Notes under the pieces: model-generated | Database searches by the model: none | What the model saw: only the letters and a program-made list of their open reading frames with translations | Told to the model about the DNA's origin: nothing | Shown: positions 35,102 to 49,597 of the stretch, one piece after another | Layout of the letters: each line of letters opens with the position of its first letter | How positions within the stretch are numbered: position 1 is the stretch's first letter | Assembly (NCBI RefSeq): GCF_001194135.2 | Contig: NC_068998.1 | Location: 43,320,054 to 43,383,231 of the forward strand | Length of the DNA stretch: 63,178 nt | Direction of reading: 5' to 3' | Source of the DNA: Octopus bimaculoides | Taxonomy: Eukaryota | Made by a program: the position numbers and the translations under genes

Positions 35102-36031
35102 NNNNNNNNNNNNNNNNNNNNNNNNNNNNNNNNNNNNNNNNNNNNNNNNNNNNNNNNNNNNNNNNNNNNNNNNNNNNNNNNNNNNNNNNNNNNNNNNNNN
35201 NNNNNNNNNNNNNNNNNNNNNNNNNNNNNNNNNNNNNNNNNNNNNNNNNNNNNNNNNNNNNNNNNNNNNNNNNNNNNNNNNNNNNNNNNNNNNNNNNNNN
35301 NNNNNNNNNNNNNNNNNNNNNNNNNNNNNNNNNNNNNNNNNNNNNNNNNNNNNNNNNNNNNNNNNNNNNNNNNNNNNNNNNNNNNNNNNNNNNNNNNNNN
35401 NNNNNNNNNNNNNNNNNNNNNNNNNNNNNNNNNNNNNNNNNNNNNNNNNNNNNNNNNNNNNNNNNNNNNNNNNNNNNNNNNNNNNNNNNNNNNNNNNNNN
35501 NNNNNNNNNNNNNNNNNNNNNNNNNNNNNNNNNNNNNNNNNNNNNNNNNNNNNNNNNNNNNNNNNNNNNNNNNNNNNNNNNNNNNNNNNNNNNNNNNNNN
35601 NNNNNNNNNNNNNNNNNNNNNNNNNNNNNNNNNNNNNNNNNNNNNNNNNNNNNNNNNNNNNNNNNNNNNNNNNNNNNNNNNNNNNNNNNNNNNNNNNNNN
35701 NNNNNNNNNNNNNNNNNNNNNNNNNNNNNNNNNNNNNNNNNNNNNNNNNNNNNNNNNNNNNNNNNNNNNNNNNNNNNNNNNNNNNNNNNNNNNNNNNNNN
35801 NNNNNNNNNNNNNNNNNNNNNNNNNNNNNNNNNNNNNNNNNNNNNNNNNNNNNNNNNNNNNNNNNNNNNNNNNNNNNNNNNNNNNNNNNNNNNNNNNNNN
35901 NNNNNNNNNNNNNNNNNNNNNNNNNNNNNNNNNNNNNNNNNNNNNNNNNNNNNNNNNNNNNNNNNNNNNNNNNNNNNNNNNNNNNNNNNNNNNNNNNNNN
36001 NNNNNNNNNNNNNNNNNNNNNNNNNNNNNNN

Positions 36032-36093
<62 letters not shown>

Positions 36094-36778
36094 CACACTC
36101 TGCAATATATTGAATTTTCAGTTCCATGTTGTCTTCAGTGTAAGAGTTTATGAGTTAGTCAATACGAATATTTGCTACCAACATTCGTTTTTTTCTTTGA
36201 ATATATTAGTATGTACAGGAATGGCTGGGCAATGAAGATGTTGTTTAATTCTATGTAGTTCCCGTGTACACCATCTTGGGTGTTCTGTTGTATAACCTCA
36301 ATTTGAGTGAGTGGAATTTGGTTGACAAGAACTGTGTTGAAGCCTACTGTACACACACATATGAATATATGTATGAATATATGTATCTATGTGTGTGTGT
36401 CTCATTAGCTTTATTCATATATATACATGTGTGTGTGTGTGTGTGGAGAGAAAGGGAGGAGGGATAGAGGAGGAGGAGGATAGGGAGGAGGGAGAGAGAT
36501 AACAAAGTTGATAAACACAGGTAAGTTTGAGATGTATATTTACATGGAGTGCAAAACACAGATTACAGAATGAAGAAAGAAGAGAGCAAAAAAGAAAAAA
36601 ATTATGTAAAGTCTTATCTTGGCAAACTGCCTCCCCCATATATATATATATATATATATATATACACCATAGTTGTGATGGTCACCATGTGTGTTTGGAA
36701 ATGTTTTATTTTTATCTTTACATATCTGAACCTCTTATTACTCAAGAGGATTGCAAGGAGAAAGGAAGCTAAATACTA

Positions 36779-36818
<40 letters not shown>

Positions 36819-37558
36819 TGATATTAATAATAATAAATGGTAAAAAAGCAAACGAAGAAACAGTAATCAGTTATTACAGCTCGGCGCAGTTCCCCAAGTT
36901 TTCCAAAATTTCGCTCTATACCTGTAATTGAATGCAGTGGTGTGCTGTGTTGAAGATGTAAAAGAAAAATACTCTCTCATATTGCTTCAGGAATTGTTTT
37001 GAAATAAACATAAAGCGAAGTGATGCATCAATGCATTATTTCTATTGCTATTTGCATTTGTTTTGTGTTGCATTGCATACCATTGCATTGGAGCAACGTT
37101 TGTTCTTTTTAACAGTCTGCATAGTTTTTTTTTTATATGCTGCACTTAGCCAAAGTAAAAAGATGAAGAAGTAAGCAAAAGATAAAGAAAGCAAAAAAAA
37201 AAAAAGACTTTAAAAAAAAAAAAAAAATTAGGTTTTAGAATTCACCAGTCAATATAGATAAAGCCTACCAGCCGAAAATTGAAAAGTAAAGCAGAAAAAT
37301 AACAATACAGCATGATGTTTCACTTATCAAATATTTATTCAATGCTGTTGCTTTTACGAAATTTTAATTTTTTTAATTTTTGTGTGTAACCTTCACTTTG
37401 TTTTTAAATATTTTCTTTCATGTTTATCTAAGATTCAAACAATTTGCATTGATTTGTTGCAAGTAGGGAATTTTTAAGTACACATGTGCTCTTTCATCCC
37501 CCAATATACACATATACATACCCACACACATACATGCATACATACATACATATATATA

Positions 37559-37591
<33 letters not shown>

Positions 37592-38065
37592 ATTATTCAA
37601 TCAATCTAACATATGATAAAAAGCCTCTGTTTTTTTCTTTTAACTGTGTTACGCCTGAAAAACAAAGAAGCATGTTGCAGATTATTGTAATGTGGAAGAA
37701 CTGAGAAGAAAAATACACTTTTAAAAAATAAATTGTGCAAATATTATGAAGTATATCGCTTCTAGTAGCAACAGCAAATAATAAATATAACCTCTCTTTG
37801 ATGATAATAGTAAAAATAATAATGATGATAGCTGTGAGTGTAATGATGATTTTTTTGTTTGATTTTTTTACAATGCTTTTGTATTGGTTAAAGTCAAGTT
37901 TGCTTAAACAAATTGACCTAATATAATTCAAGTACATATAATTCACTGAACCTAGAATAACAAATGGAAAGTGGGCTGTGACAGAATTTGAACTTAGAAT
38001 CAGTAGTTATGTAACTAACAACTGTTCTGCATTTTGGTTTGGCCTTTCTACCACTTCACAACCCA

Positions 38066-38285
38066 GGGTGGAGGAGGGGAGGGAAGGGGAGGGTAGGAGG
38101 AGGAAGGGGGAGGAAGAGGAAGGAGGGAAGGGAAAGTGGAAAAGGGGAAGTGGAGGAGGGAGATGGGAAGGGAAGGAGGAAGAAAGGAAGAAGATGAAGT
38201 GTGAAAAAGGAGGAAGAGGAGAGGAAGATGAGGGTGATGGTTGGAGTGACTATGAGGATGATGATGGTGATGATGACGAATATGA
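38066..38285 (+). repeat. Purine-rich (GGA/GGGA)n and (GAT)n low-complexity tract containing a canonical G4 motif
   Basis: GGGG-A-GGG-AA-GGGG-A-GGG at 38076-38093. Confidence 0.85.
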
Positions 38286-39240
38286 TATAAATAGGGAAAT
38301 AGACATTTAGACACAAGACTGCAATTTTTAATGTGAAGTGTGGTTGATGAAATTATTACAAGTTCTGAAGTGAGACTAACTTTAGCCAGAAGGATGAAAA
38401 GTAAAGTTGAATACACAAGGATTTGAACTCAGAAACATGAAAAAACAACAGATGACAAGATATTTAATCCAGCATTTGCATTATTTCTGTCATTCACTAC
38501 ACCTTGCATAAAATACGCTTTCTTCCAGGCATACAACTAGAGGTAATAAATTCAAAGCTATAAATATAGCTGAATATATCAACCCTAATTCTTGACCATA
38601 GTCTAACACATTGTTATAATCTGCAATTCACTACTTTTTGTTATAATATGTACTAATAATATATAAAATTTTGAAGAAATATGTAGATTAAAACCAATCC
38701 CAGTGCATGACTGGTATTTTATATTATCAATCTCAGAAAGGATAAATGGCAACATTATCATCAACAAAAGGTTGACTTTGTTCCAGAATATAAAGTGTCA
38801 TAAATACATACTGCAAAGCATTTTTGTCCAAGGCTCAAAGGTTTCTCATAAGATTCCCAATGCTAAAAGTCAAGCTACATCAGCCAATGGTATTTATTTT
38901 TCCAGAGAAGTGGGTTAGCAGAATACATGTTTGTGAAAATAATATTTTTTAAAAATGGAAAGATAAATTCAGTGAATGAAACATTGTGCATTTTTCCCCA
39001 TTTTCTTTTTAATTTTTCCATTTATTTTTATTATTGAATCAAGTTTATTTACATTGCATAGAAATAACAAAACTAAAAGTGAAATTATTGGAAGTCCATC
39101 GTTTAGTCAGTTCTCTTATCTATCAGTCTTGGTTTATATGGATTGGGGATAAAGATTTATGGTTCGAATAGAAATTTTGATAATGGATAGATTTGCCTTA
39201 AAGACAACCAATTGAACCACATGTTTATTGGATGGGATAC

Positions 39241-39286
<46 letters not shown>

Positions 39287-39353
39287 GTATGTATAGATGG
39301 ATGGATATATACCTCTCTGTGTGTATGCATTTTCTTTGCTTGTGTATGCATGT

Positions 39354-39400
<47 letters not shown>

Positions 39401-39485
39401 AATACATACACAAATAGTGTGTAGTCATACACATGCATGTGTATGTGTATATGCATGCCTGTCTGTCTGTCTGTCTGCCTGTATG

Positions 39486-39517
<32 letters not shown>

Positions 39518-39759
39518 TGTATGTGAGTAATAGACTTTATTCATTTCTTCAGCAAGTATCTTTTAACACCTTCATGCTTTAGCATGTGATAACATAAACA
39601 TGACAAACAGAAGCACAAACACACACACACACACACATACATGCACACACACAGAGGAACGCATGTGTTTGCATATATATATCATCATCATTTTATATAT
39701 ATGTATATATATATATGTATATATATAAATATATAATTATATATGTGTGTGTATGTTCA

Positions 39760-39801
<42 letters not shown>

Positions 39802-39811
39802 NNNNNNNNNN

Positions 39812-39850
<39 letters not shown>

Positions 39851-40173
39851 ATATTCATGTATGCATTTATTTTCTATTTTCTTATATTTGCATTTGCGTT
39901 TAATGCCTCATAAAAGAAACTACAAATCGACCGCAAAAATCTAAAAGAGTCTGTGAGGAAAAGAACATTACTGTTAAGATTTACATTATCTTGAATAATA
40001 TCTGTAGATTGGTAATAGATTTCACAGGAATAAATTGCCAGATGGATTCAATGGAATTATGGCTGAGTTAGGTTTTGATGAAAACTAATGGGTCAAATTT
40101 GAACATAAAACAATTTTTTAGAAAGCTTCATAGAAAAATATGAGAATATTTTCTTTTATTGTGTATATATTTA

Positions 40174-40213
<40 letters not shown>

Positions 40214-40435
40214 GTGTGTTTAGTTGTGTTTACAAATATATGCTTATATATTTGTATGTGTGCAGCGTGTGTACTTTTACGTAGTATTCAATATGTGCTA
40301 ATGCCTTTTTGAAAGCATGTGTGTATAAAGGTGTGAAGAACTGAGAGTGCTTATATGTTATTCAATATCTGTATTTATTAGGGTGTTATTTGTGCATCCT
40401 TATCGATGTAATATTGTGTGCGTCTTATGCATATT

Positions 40436-40493
<58 letters not shown>

Positions 40494-40642
40494 AGTGTGT
40501 CCTTACACTTGAGCTTGCATGTGTGTGTGTGTGTGTGCTTATGTTTGTGTTGATTATTGTGGAGTTGCAAGTGTGCAACTAAATAGACTGTTGCACGACT
40601 GTTATCATTAAAGGCAAGCAATGTTACTCTTATGCGTTCTGC

Positions 40643-40681
<39 letters not shown>

Positions 40682-41074
40682 TATAGAGAAACAGATTTAT
40701 GTGTATCTGCACTTACGTGTTTACATGTTTGTGTTGTGAACAAAGTGTATCTCGTCATATTATAACGATGAATGCCCAAGCAGGACGAGATTTTTACACT
40801 AGATTGTACAGCTGCATACACCAACCATCACATATATGCTTCATTCATCCCGATAAATGGGGGAAGAAGACTTTAACTGCTGGAAATAAGGACCAAATTT
40901 CCCTGAAATCACACTTTACTATCTAAATAAAGAAAAATGTATAATGTTACATTATATCCTGATACAGTATATCCCCCCAAAAAGTTCGTGGGTTTGGGAC
41001 CAGAATGCATTTTATGGTTGAGATGTGGATCAGAGATGAGCTACATCAAAACAACATTGGCAACTACATGCATA

Positions 41075-41341
41075 CAGTTCTATATTTAAGAGATGAGGAA
41101 TTATGTACATTATTTACATTTGACAGATATTTGTCCTCATCTTGTTTGTTGTTAACACGTTTCGGTTGATATACCCTCCAGCCTTCATCAGGTTTCTTGG
41201 GAAAATTTCGAACCTGGGTTCTCATTCCTAAGGTATTTTTCGATGTTGCTATTATTATTATTATTATTATTATTCAGGTCACTACTTGGAATTGAACTTG
41301 GAATTAGTAGCTTGTGCTCTTAACCACTACGCCATATGCCC
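41075..41341 (-). mobile_element. Family F hammerhead-SINE, second copy
   Basis: Minus strand ggcatatggcgtagtggttaagagc head, agttcaattcc B-box, (AAT)n, ttaggaatgagaacccaggttcgaaa, CTGATGAAGGCtg..GAAAcg, tail ending cttaaatatagaactg. Confidence 0.85.
41154..41197 (-). ncRNA. Hammerhead of family F copy 2 (intact CUGAUGA, cleavage triplet deleted)
   Basis: CTGATGA at 41191-41185, GAAA at 41163-41160; lacks the ttg present in copy 1. Confidence 0.68.
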
Positions 41342-41619
41342 ATGGACCTGTCAAAATTTTAAGTACCAGTCAAGCACTGTGGTCGATGTAATTGACTAGC
41401 CCCACCCCACGCACCTACCACTCCCACAAAGTTTCAGACCTGATGCCTATAGTAGAAATGGTTATTATTATGATTATTGTTATGATATTTATGCATGCAT
41501 TAGTTGTTCAGAATTATGTGAAATTGCTGATACCACATGTAGGACAATTTTAGCTGTGAACAAAACCCACTATGAGCATTACCCTTCACTTTCCTTTGTT
41601 TGAGAGAAAAGTAGACATT

Positions 41620-41835
41620 ATTTCTTAATGTGGTGGTTTTGGACAAAGAGATTGAATGATAGTCAAGATTGAAGCAACTGAAGACAGACACTTTCCATTT
41701 TGGCCAAATCTTCACTGACCTTTTTAGGTTCCACTTGAAGAAGGTGTAGATGGAAGAAAAGTAGTTCTCTCCAGTGAATTTGGTAAAAGTTGATGAGGGT
41801 GGTGAGAAAGGCCCAACTTTCAACATGAGCCTGTA
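41620..41835 (+). mobile_element. L1/Tx1 3' remnant, same family as 20202-20545
   Basis: SRLKQLKTDTFHFGQIFTDLF aligns to THLKELKTDTFLFGQALINFF. Confidence 0.72.
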
Positions 41836-41879
41836 GGTTGAATAATATAGATGTAAGCAATCACTTGCCCAGGGTAGCC

Positions 41880-42010
41880 AGCTTATTCATTGTAAGCCTA
41901 GTACTCATTCTATCAGTCTCTTTTGCCGAACTGCTAATTTATGGGGACATAAATACACCAGCATCGGTTGTTAATTGATGTTGGGGTGACAACCACAGAC
42001 CACAAGCATG

Positions 42011-42041
<31 letters not shown>

Positions 42042-42182
42042 GCAACATACCAAATCCACTCACAAGGCTTTGGTCGGCCCGAAGCTATAGTAGAAGACAC
42101 TTGCCCAAGGTGCCATGCAATGGGACTGAACCCAGAACCATGTGGCTGGTAAGCAAGCTACTTACCACACAGCCACTCCTAT
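41880..42182 (-). mobile_element. Family C SINE
   Basis: aagcctagtact..caaggctttggtcggcccgaagctatagtagaagacacttgcccaagg..gctacttaccacacagccactcct. Confidence 0.87.
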
Positions 42183-42943
42183 CCTTTGTTTTTCTGTTGT
42201 TGTTTTAAACAAAAATCTCACCATCATCATTATCATCGTTTAATGTCCATTTTCCATGCTGGCATGGGTTGGACAAAATATAGAATCTACCTCCAACAGG
42301 ACTTGGTTCAACAATCCCCAGCTTAGGAGGCCGGTACCTTATCTATTGGGCCATGGAGGTGCTTGCCCCAGTAATGTTCTTCCATTCTTCACCCTTGTGA
42401 CAAACAGAATAAATCATCATTATTATTTCTCCCATTACAATTTAAATTCTCCTGGGAGTCTGCCTTACCTTTCAACCTCCTAGAATACAATATGTGAAGT
42501 GTTAAGCATTGATCTCATTGCTTCCAACACTTCTAAAATTAGTGGACATGTGCCAAAGTTTGAAATCATAACCATTATTGTAATTTCTATTATTGCACAA
42601 AGAAATGATTTTTTTAATGCAAGAATTCCTAAAGAGAATAATGATTATTATGCTACTGATATCAGCAATAGTAATTTATTATATATTGACTAATTCTAAG
42701 TAGTTGTATATAATATTTTGTATTTGCCTTTTACACCACTATCTCCAACAATTTGGTAAAACAAAAAAAAAAAAAAAANNNNNNNNNNAAAAAAAAAAAA
42801 AAAAAAAAACGAACAAAAAAAGCAACAATTGTGAAATTTTCCAAGCTAATATTTAGTAATAAAATAAATAACTCATTATTTTAATTAAATTACATTTCCT
42901 GTTTTCTCCTTCTTCTTCCACTCAGCCACACATTCGAGTATAA

Positions 42944-42974
<31 letters not shown>

Positions 42975-42975
42975 C

Positions 42976-43021
<46 letters not shown>

Positions 43022-43399
43022 TTACATACAGCTGTTCATACACACATATGTATAGTCTTATTTTTTTACATTCCATTTATCTGATTATTGCTATTATCCA
43101 TTTTATTAGGATTCTTTAAATGTATTCTAAGAAATCAATTCATTTTTCAAATTTCTATATTTATTAATATTGCAATGATTTATGTTTTAATCTGTTCTAT
43201 ATTATTTGTTTCCATTTGACACTGCTATGGACAGTTTGGCATGTTTGTTTTATTCACATTGAATTTTACATCAGTTTCCCCACAGAATGGTACAGTACAT
43301 CATTATTTCCATTACGTTACAGGCCCCTGGGAGGCCTTGCATGAATAGATCACATGTTGGATTTGATAAATATATGTCAAATCAACCTTTGAACATTCA

Positions 43400-43541
43400 G
43401 CCTCATGGAGAGGCAAAGTGGTTAAGTTCCTTTCTAGTGTTGGGCCTGACAGAGGCAAAGTGGTTGAGTTCCTTTTGAGTGTTGGGCCTCACGGAGGTGA
43501 GGTGACTGAGTTCCTATCGAGTGTTGGGCTTCATGGAGGCA
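43400..43541. repeat. 42-bp tandem repeat, about 3.4 units
   Basis: gcctca(t/c)ggagg(c/t)aaagtg(g/a)(t/c)tgagttcct..gagtgttgg units. Confidence 0.88.
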
Positions 43542-44409
43542 ATGACCAAGACCTTTGGCATTATGCTATGCTTGAGAAGAAGACCTACAAAATGTGAATA
43601 AAAAAGCATTACATTTGAGAAAGTATTCTGCATAATAAAGGGTTAACATTATATTGTTTTAGACATGCTATGTAAGAAATAATGGTAGGATAAATGATGG
43701 ATGGTTAAGTCTTTTAGAGCTTGTTTACATTATTGTTTCATTTTTTCTCCTTTTATGTGTTGCTGTATGTTTTTAAATTAGAATTTGTAATTTTAACATA
43801 AATTAAAATTGAAAGGAATTTAAAATGGTGAAAGATTGACAAAAGATCTTTTTTTAAAGAATAAATACATGATATAGGAGAAATTAGATGCTTGAAAATA
43901 AATGGGACGTAGCTACGAAATTTAATTCTAAACATAATTGATAATTTCTTTTCACTTTTTAATAACTAATGAGATTGAAAATACTGTACTGCAATTAATT
44001 TGGTGCTTAAAAAGTAACATATGGCATTCTAATGAAAATGATATTAGTTATTTTGTTTCAATGGCCCTCCTGAGATATAAGATATTTGATATTATAAACG
44101 GCAATTTGAAGCTGACAAAAGTCATTCACTCACTGACAAGACTTAACTACAGGTCTATCACTTCTTGTTTTCAGTTTATGTTCTCTTTTGTCAACCTGTA
44201 TCCTCTTTATTTTAATTCCCTCATTAGCAGAATGATTAGGGGACAAGACAAAATACCTGTGGCATTTTTTTTTCTTTTTTCTTTTAGTAAAGAAGTTTTC
44301 TTAAAGACTTTTTAACTCATTCTATTGGTCTCTTTTCCCAAACCACTATACAAACACACACAAACATCTATTGACATATAGATATGTATATGTGTTTGTG
44401 TGTGCATAT

Positions 44410-44917
<508 letters not shown>

Positions 44918-46334
44918 ACAAAAGAAAAAAAAAACAGAATATATTTAGATTTATGTGGACATTTGCAGACACAAACACTAAAGTAATGTTTTCAAATATA
45001 TGTTTAAGTCAAAACCTACATATGTGTACACATGATTGTACTGTAAACACTGCATTTGTATGTTAAGTTGATTTCCATTTCAACTAAATCAGCAGAATGT
45101 AAGTATTCTGTCATGTAATTAGCTTCACCTAGTTTTGAGAGTGGATACCATTCCCAGTTCTTATCACTTAGACCTCTTAACAATCAGTCAATTAGTCTTA
45201 CTCAAAGATATATTGCTTTTCTCTATGCATCTAAAGAAAAAAATAATTCAAAGATTATTCACCTGATAAGTAAAGATTCATTGAACATTAGTATTTTCTC
45301 CCATTTTCCAACCATCACCTATCCTGCTGTGTCCTCTCTCTGTCTCTTTCTCTACTGGTACTTAGATTCTTACTCTGTTGAATTTACTGATTATATATAT
45401 CATCTCAAAGTAAACCCAACAATTTAACTCAACTCTCCTTTTGCTTGTAATCGTTTTAGTCTCTTGATTCCTGGAAACATACAGACAAAGCACATTTTAC
45501 CAACTTTTCCCTTTTCAGATTTCAACCGTCTAGAATTTAATCTTTGTTTATGTTTTATTCCCTTCGACCAAAATGAATATTAACCATGACAATGTCTCCT
45601 TGTTATCCACTCTAACTCTGCATTAAAAGAAGAAAAAAAATGAAATGGACTGCTTCATTTTTTAATGGCTTTGTCAGAAGAAGGCAAACAACCATGGTCT
45701 TTTGTCAGAGCTTCACTGATTGGTCTTATGTTGATGCAGTTGTTGTTTTTGTTTAACCCTCGTTAGTTCTATATGTGTGTATATATTCACCAGCTTAAAA
45801 ACTAGTCTTGTTCTCTATGTTGTATCCCTTTCTCTACTATAATTTAACACTTAAAATACGGACTGCTTAGAGATAAATTTGCATGCTGTTCTTTCTAGCA
45901 GTCCAAGTAGCCAGTACACACACCTGGTAAAATGCTAAGCATCATCTCATCCAGCTTTGCATTCTAAGTTCAAATTCCCCTGTGATCAACTTTGCATTTC
46001 ACCCTTTTGAGGGCCAATAAAATAAATACCAGTTGAGCACAGTTGACCATAATCTTGAAATCTTATTTGGTTTAGAACATCAAAATTAATTTTGTTTCCT
46101 CTCTTTTCATCTATTTATTGGAAGTTATTTGTTTATTAGAATTTGGAAATCTAATAAACATTATGTATGCTAGAATTCCAAATATCTTCTTTTCTTACAG
46201 AAAATTTTTGCTTTATTTTGCTTTGAAAAATAAAATAACTATATTGATTTTACATATTGGTACAAAGCCACTTCTTGAAATTACGCTATATGTGTTACTG
46301 GTACTTACTTTGGCATCCACAGAGAGAAGACTGA

Positions 46335-46582
46335 GGTTAGTCCACATGACTCTGTAAGAAGCATGGGGCTGGTTTCCTGGTTTCTCTGACAGATACATTC
46401 CTCCCAGAGCAGGATGTTGGTCTGTCACAGCATTACAAATTTTTATCAGCTGAGTGGACTGGAGTAGCATAAAATGAAATGTTTTGCTCAAGAACACAAC
46501 ACATCACCTTGTCCAGGGATTGAAACCACAGTCTTACTATCAAGAGTCTAATACCCTGTCCACTAAGCCATGTACCTCCACT
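46335..46582 (-). mobile_element. Family D tRNA-SINE
   Basis: Minus strand gtggaggtacatggcttagtgg..gtttcaatccc..tgtgttcttgagcaaaac..ccagtccactcagctg. Confidence 0.75.
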
Positions 46583-46750
46583 GAGAAGACTAATATGACA
46601 TTAATTGACACGAGTCAACATTAGGGAATTGAAACCATTATTCAAAAGAGTACTAAACACTACATGTCCAATTTATTTTAGAGCTTAACTATTTCTGCTA
46701 AGTTGATGTTGTCTTTCATAAATAACGATGATAATTTTATTAAATAATAA

Positions 46751-46781
46751 CTTTTCTTTTTCTTTCTAATTTCAGGTAAGT
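46751..46781 (+). promoter_or_regulatory. Candidate recursive splice site (zero-length exon / ratchet point)
   Basis: cttttctttttctttctaatttCAG|GTAAGT; no other AG from 46703 to 46773; lies outside any recognised repeat. Confidence 0.6.
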
Positions 46782-47142
46782 GAAGGTTTTTATCCCATCA
46801 CTCTAACAAAGGAGAAATGAACAACAATAGAAATTTTTTAAACAGGAAATAAAAGAAAATATACAGGGAAGTATTAAAGCAAATATTTTATTATGTTTAT
46901 TCCATTATGCAAATGTGAGGGTTAGGTTTGAAAGGTGTTAGTGTAGACCAGTGTTTCTTACAGTGGGTTCCATAGAAAAATTTTGTGGAGTCTTTTCATA
47001 AAATGTAATAAAAATTGATTTTATTTAAAAAGAATGGTATTAACTCTTTGAAAATAATGTTATGTGATATTTTAATGTGAATAAATTCACTCTGTATGCG
47101 ATTTCTGTTTTACTAAATGTCTTCTTAATATTAAGGTAATAT

Positions 47143-47362
47143 AAGGTACCAAGCTGGCAGAATAGTTACTGTGCCGGGCAAAAGGCTTAGCAGCATTCCG
47201 TCAGTCTTTATGTCCCGGGTTCAAATTCTGGCGAGGTCAGCTTTGCCTTTCATCCTTTTGAGGTCGATAAAATAAGTACCAGTTGTATCCTTGAGTCATG
47301 TAATCAACTTACTCCTCTCCCCTAAAATTGTTGATCTTGTGCCAAAATTTAAAGCCAATATT
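47143..47362 (+). mobile_element. Family A SINE, full length
   Basis: ccaagctggcagaat..gggttcaaattc..ctttgcctttcatccttttgaggtcgataaaataagtaccag. Confidence 0.85.
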
Positions 47363-47898
47363 AAAGTAATGTAAGGCAGGGAACTGGCAAAAATGGGGCT
47401 AATGCAGTTTCACATCTCTCCTTCTAAAATGCATTTTTAAAAACAAAAATTTCTGGATTTCTACATTTTAGATGTCAGAGATTAGGAATATGCAAAAAAA
47501 AAAATTTTAATTTAACCCCCACCTCTCCCTCCTCTCAATAAAAATTTTTGATTTTGTTTGCTCTGAAGAGATCGTAGCGAATTGACGAACATATGCAAAC
47601 CAAAATTAAATACATACAAAAACATTAAAGTGAAAAGAATTTGTGTTTTGCTTGTGTTTGCCTTAAATGATATATTTGTCAACTAAATGTGGTTGTCCTA
47701 TAGAGGACGGTGTTACTGTTGGTTTTAGCCTCAGGAAGACATTCATATCTATCTATCTATCTATCTCTTTATACACATATCTATATGCTTATTGAAATAT
47801 AAATATTAAGAACGTAGTTTCTGGCATATTTGGAATTTCCATCATCTAAAACATAGGAAAAAAAAAATTTTGAAAAAGTTCAAAATTTTAAATGGGAG

Positions 47899-47948
47899 AC
47901 TTGTGAGTGGATTTGGTAAGCAGAAACTGAAAGAAGCCTGTTGTATAA

Positions 47949-47994
<46 letters not shown>

Positions 47995-48204
47995 ATGTGC
48001 GTTTGTCCCCCCCAACATCACTTGACAACTGATGCTGGTGTGTTTAGGTCCCTGTAACTTAGAAGTTCGGCAAAAGAGACCGATATAATAAGTACTAGGC
48101 TTACAGAAAATAAGCTCTGGGGTCAATTTGCTCGACTAAAGGCGGTGCTCCAGCATGGCCGCAGTCAAATGACTGAAACAAGTAAAGAGAAAGAGTAAGA
48201 GTAA
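47899..48204 (+). mobile_element. Family C SINE, 5'-truncated
   Basis: ttgtgagtggatttgg..ctcgactaaaggcggtgctccagcatggccgcagtcaaatgactgaaac. Confidence 0.87.
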
Positions 48205-48926
48205 CCCTGCAATGGACCAGCGTCCCATCCAGGAGGAGAACATACAGGCCATGCAAACCAGGAAACCAGCCCTTATGAGTCAGCATGACTCAAAAAGATA
48301 GCTTTTTAATGTCTGACTTGAAAGGGAAAGACTGAAAGTTTGCAGTAGAGAAAACTCTGTTAAGGGTATCTAAAGTTGAAGAAGAGGTGTTAAAGGGACA
48401 AGTATGTTGCTGTGTACCTATCTGTGTGAGTGTAGTTAGTTTTATTGCAGAATGTATATTGTGTAATTAATTTCATTATAGCCTCAAACTAACCCCTAAT
48501 ACAAAATGATGGATAAACCTACTCCATATATTTAATATCAGAATAAGTTGCTAAAATACAAAAATTCTCTGAAAGCAATAAACAAACAAACTATTATATT
48601 ATTTTGCTTAGGAACTATTCAGAGAGAAAATGCAGACATCCAAGCTTGATTGGCTTTGGAAACACCAGAGTGGACACTTAGGAATTCAATTAATCAATCA
48701 AGGAAACAAATATGATAAAAACAGCAGCATCAACTCTTTTTTTTTTTTTTCTGATGATGAATGGATAGATTGGCGGGGTGGGGTGTAACCTCGGGTGGTG
48801 GAAGTGAATAAATAATTATGTAAACATTTTAGTTTTATGAATTTGAAATTATCGAGGGAATGGGCTAACATGAGCAAAATGACGGCCAAATTTCACTTAC
48901 TGTTTAAGTAAAATGATGCAGCAGAT

Positions 48927-49187
48927 CAGTGGTTCTCAACCAGGGTTCTTATGGGCATTAGGGGTCCACATGAGATTTTGTTGTTCAAATTTATGTACTT
49001 TGAAAGCGGTTATACTCCTTACAATACACAAAATATTTTAACAACATTTTTAATACAATTTTTAATAATATTCAATCATAAAAAATGGAATAGGATTTTT
49101 TTAAAGCATTGTATGACTATTAGGGTCCACCTGAGTAGATATAGGAATCAAAGGGGTCCATAGGCAAAAAATGGTTGGGAGCCACTG
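48927..49187. mobile_element. hAT (Charlie-like) MITE
   Basis: TIRs cagtggttctcaacca / tggttgggagccactg; degenerate 8-bp TSD cagcagat / ctgtagat. Confidence 0.8.
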
Positions 49188-49208
49188 CTGTAGATAATGT
49201 GTTCCTAT

Positions 49209-49597
49209 TTGTTGGCACTCCGTCGCTTACGACATCGAGGGTTCCAGTTGATCCGATCAACGGAACAGCCTGCTCATGAAATTAACGTGCAAGTGGCTGA
49301 GCACTCCACAGACACATGTACCCTTAACGTAGTTCTCGGGGATATTCAGTGTGACACAGTGTGACAAGGCTGACCCTTTGAATTACAGGTACAACAGAAA
49401 CAAGAAGTAAGAGTGAGAGAAAGTTGTGGTGGAAGAGTACAGCAGGGTTTTCACCCCCCCCCCCATCCTGCTGGAGCCTCGTGGAGCTTTAGGTGTTTTC
49501 GCTCAATAAACACTCACAACGCCCGGTCTGGGAATCGAAACCGCAATCCTATGACCGCGAGTCCACTGCCCTAACCACTGGGCCATTGCGCCTCCAC
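49209..49597 (-). mobile_element. Family E tRNA-SINE, full length, recent
   Basis: A-box tggcccagtgg, B-box gtttcgattcc, CpG-rich; perfect 11-bp TSD tgtgttcctat at 49198-49208 and 49598-49608. Confidence 0.92.

Noticed and set aside
37593-37946. Hydrophobic ORF suggesting a GPCR/TM segment
   Set aside because: Hydrophobicity comes from (ATT/ATC)n and AT bias; no TM-family motifs.
43400-43541. CRISPR-like regular repeats (also the 66-bp units in family B)
   Set aside because: Units are contiguous and similar along their whole length with no unique spacers; eukaryotic context, no cas genes.
47552-47605. CTGAAGA motif inside a ttttgtttgc/gcaaaccaaaa stem
   Set aside because: GAAC instead of GAAA, with no proper stem II/III register; more likely a transposon-derived hairpin.
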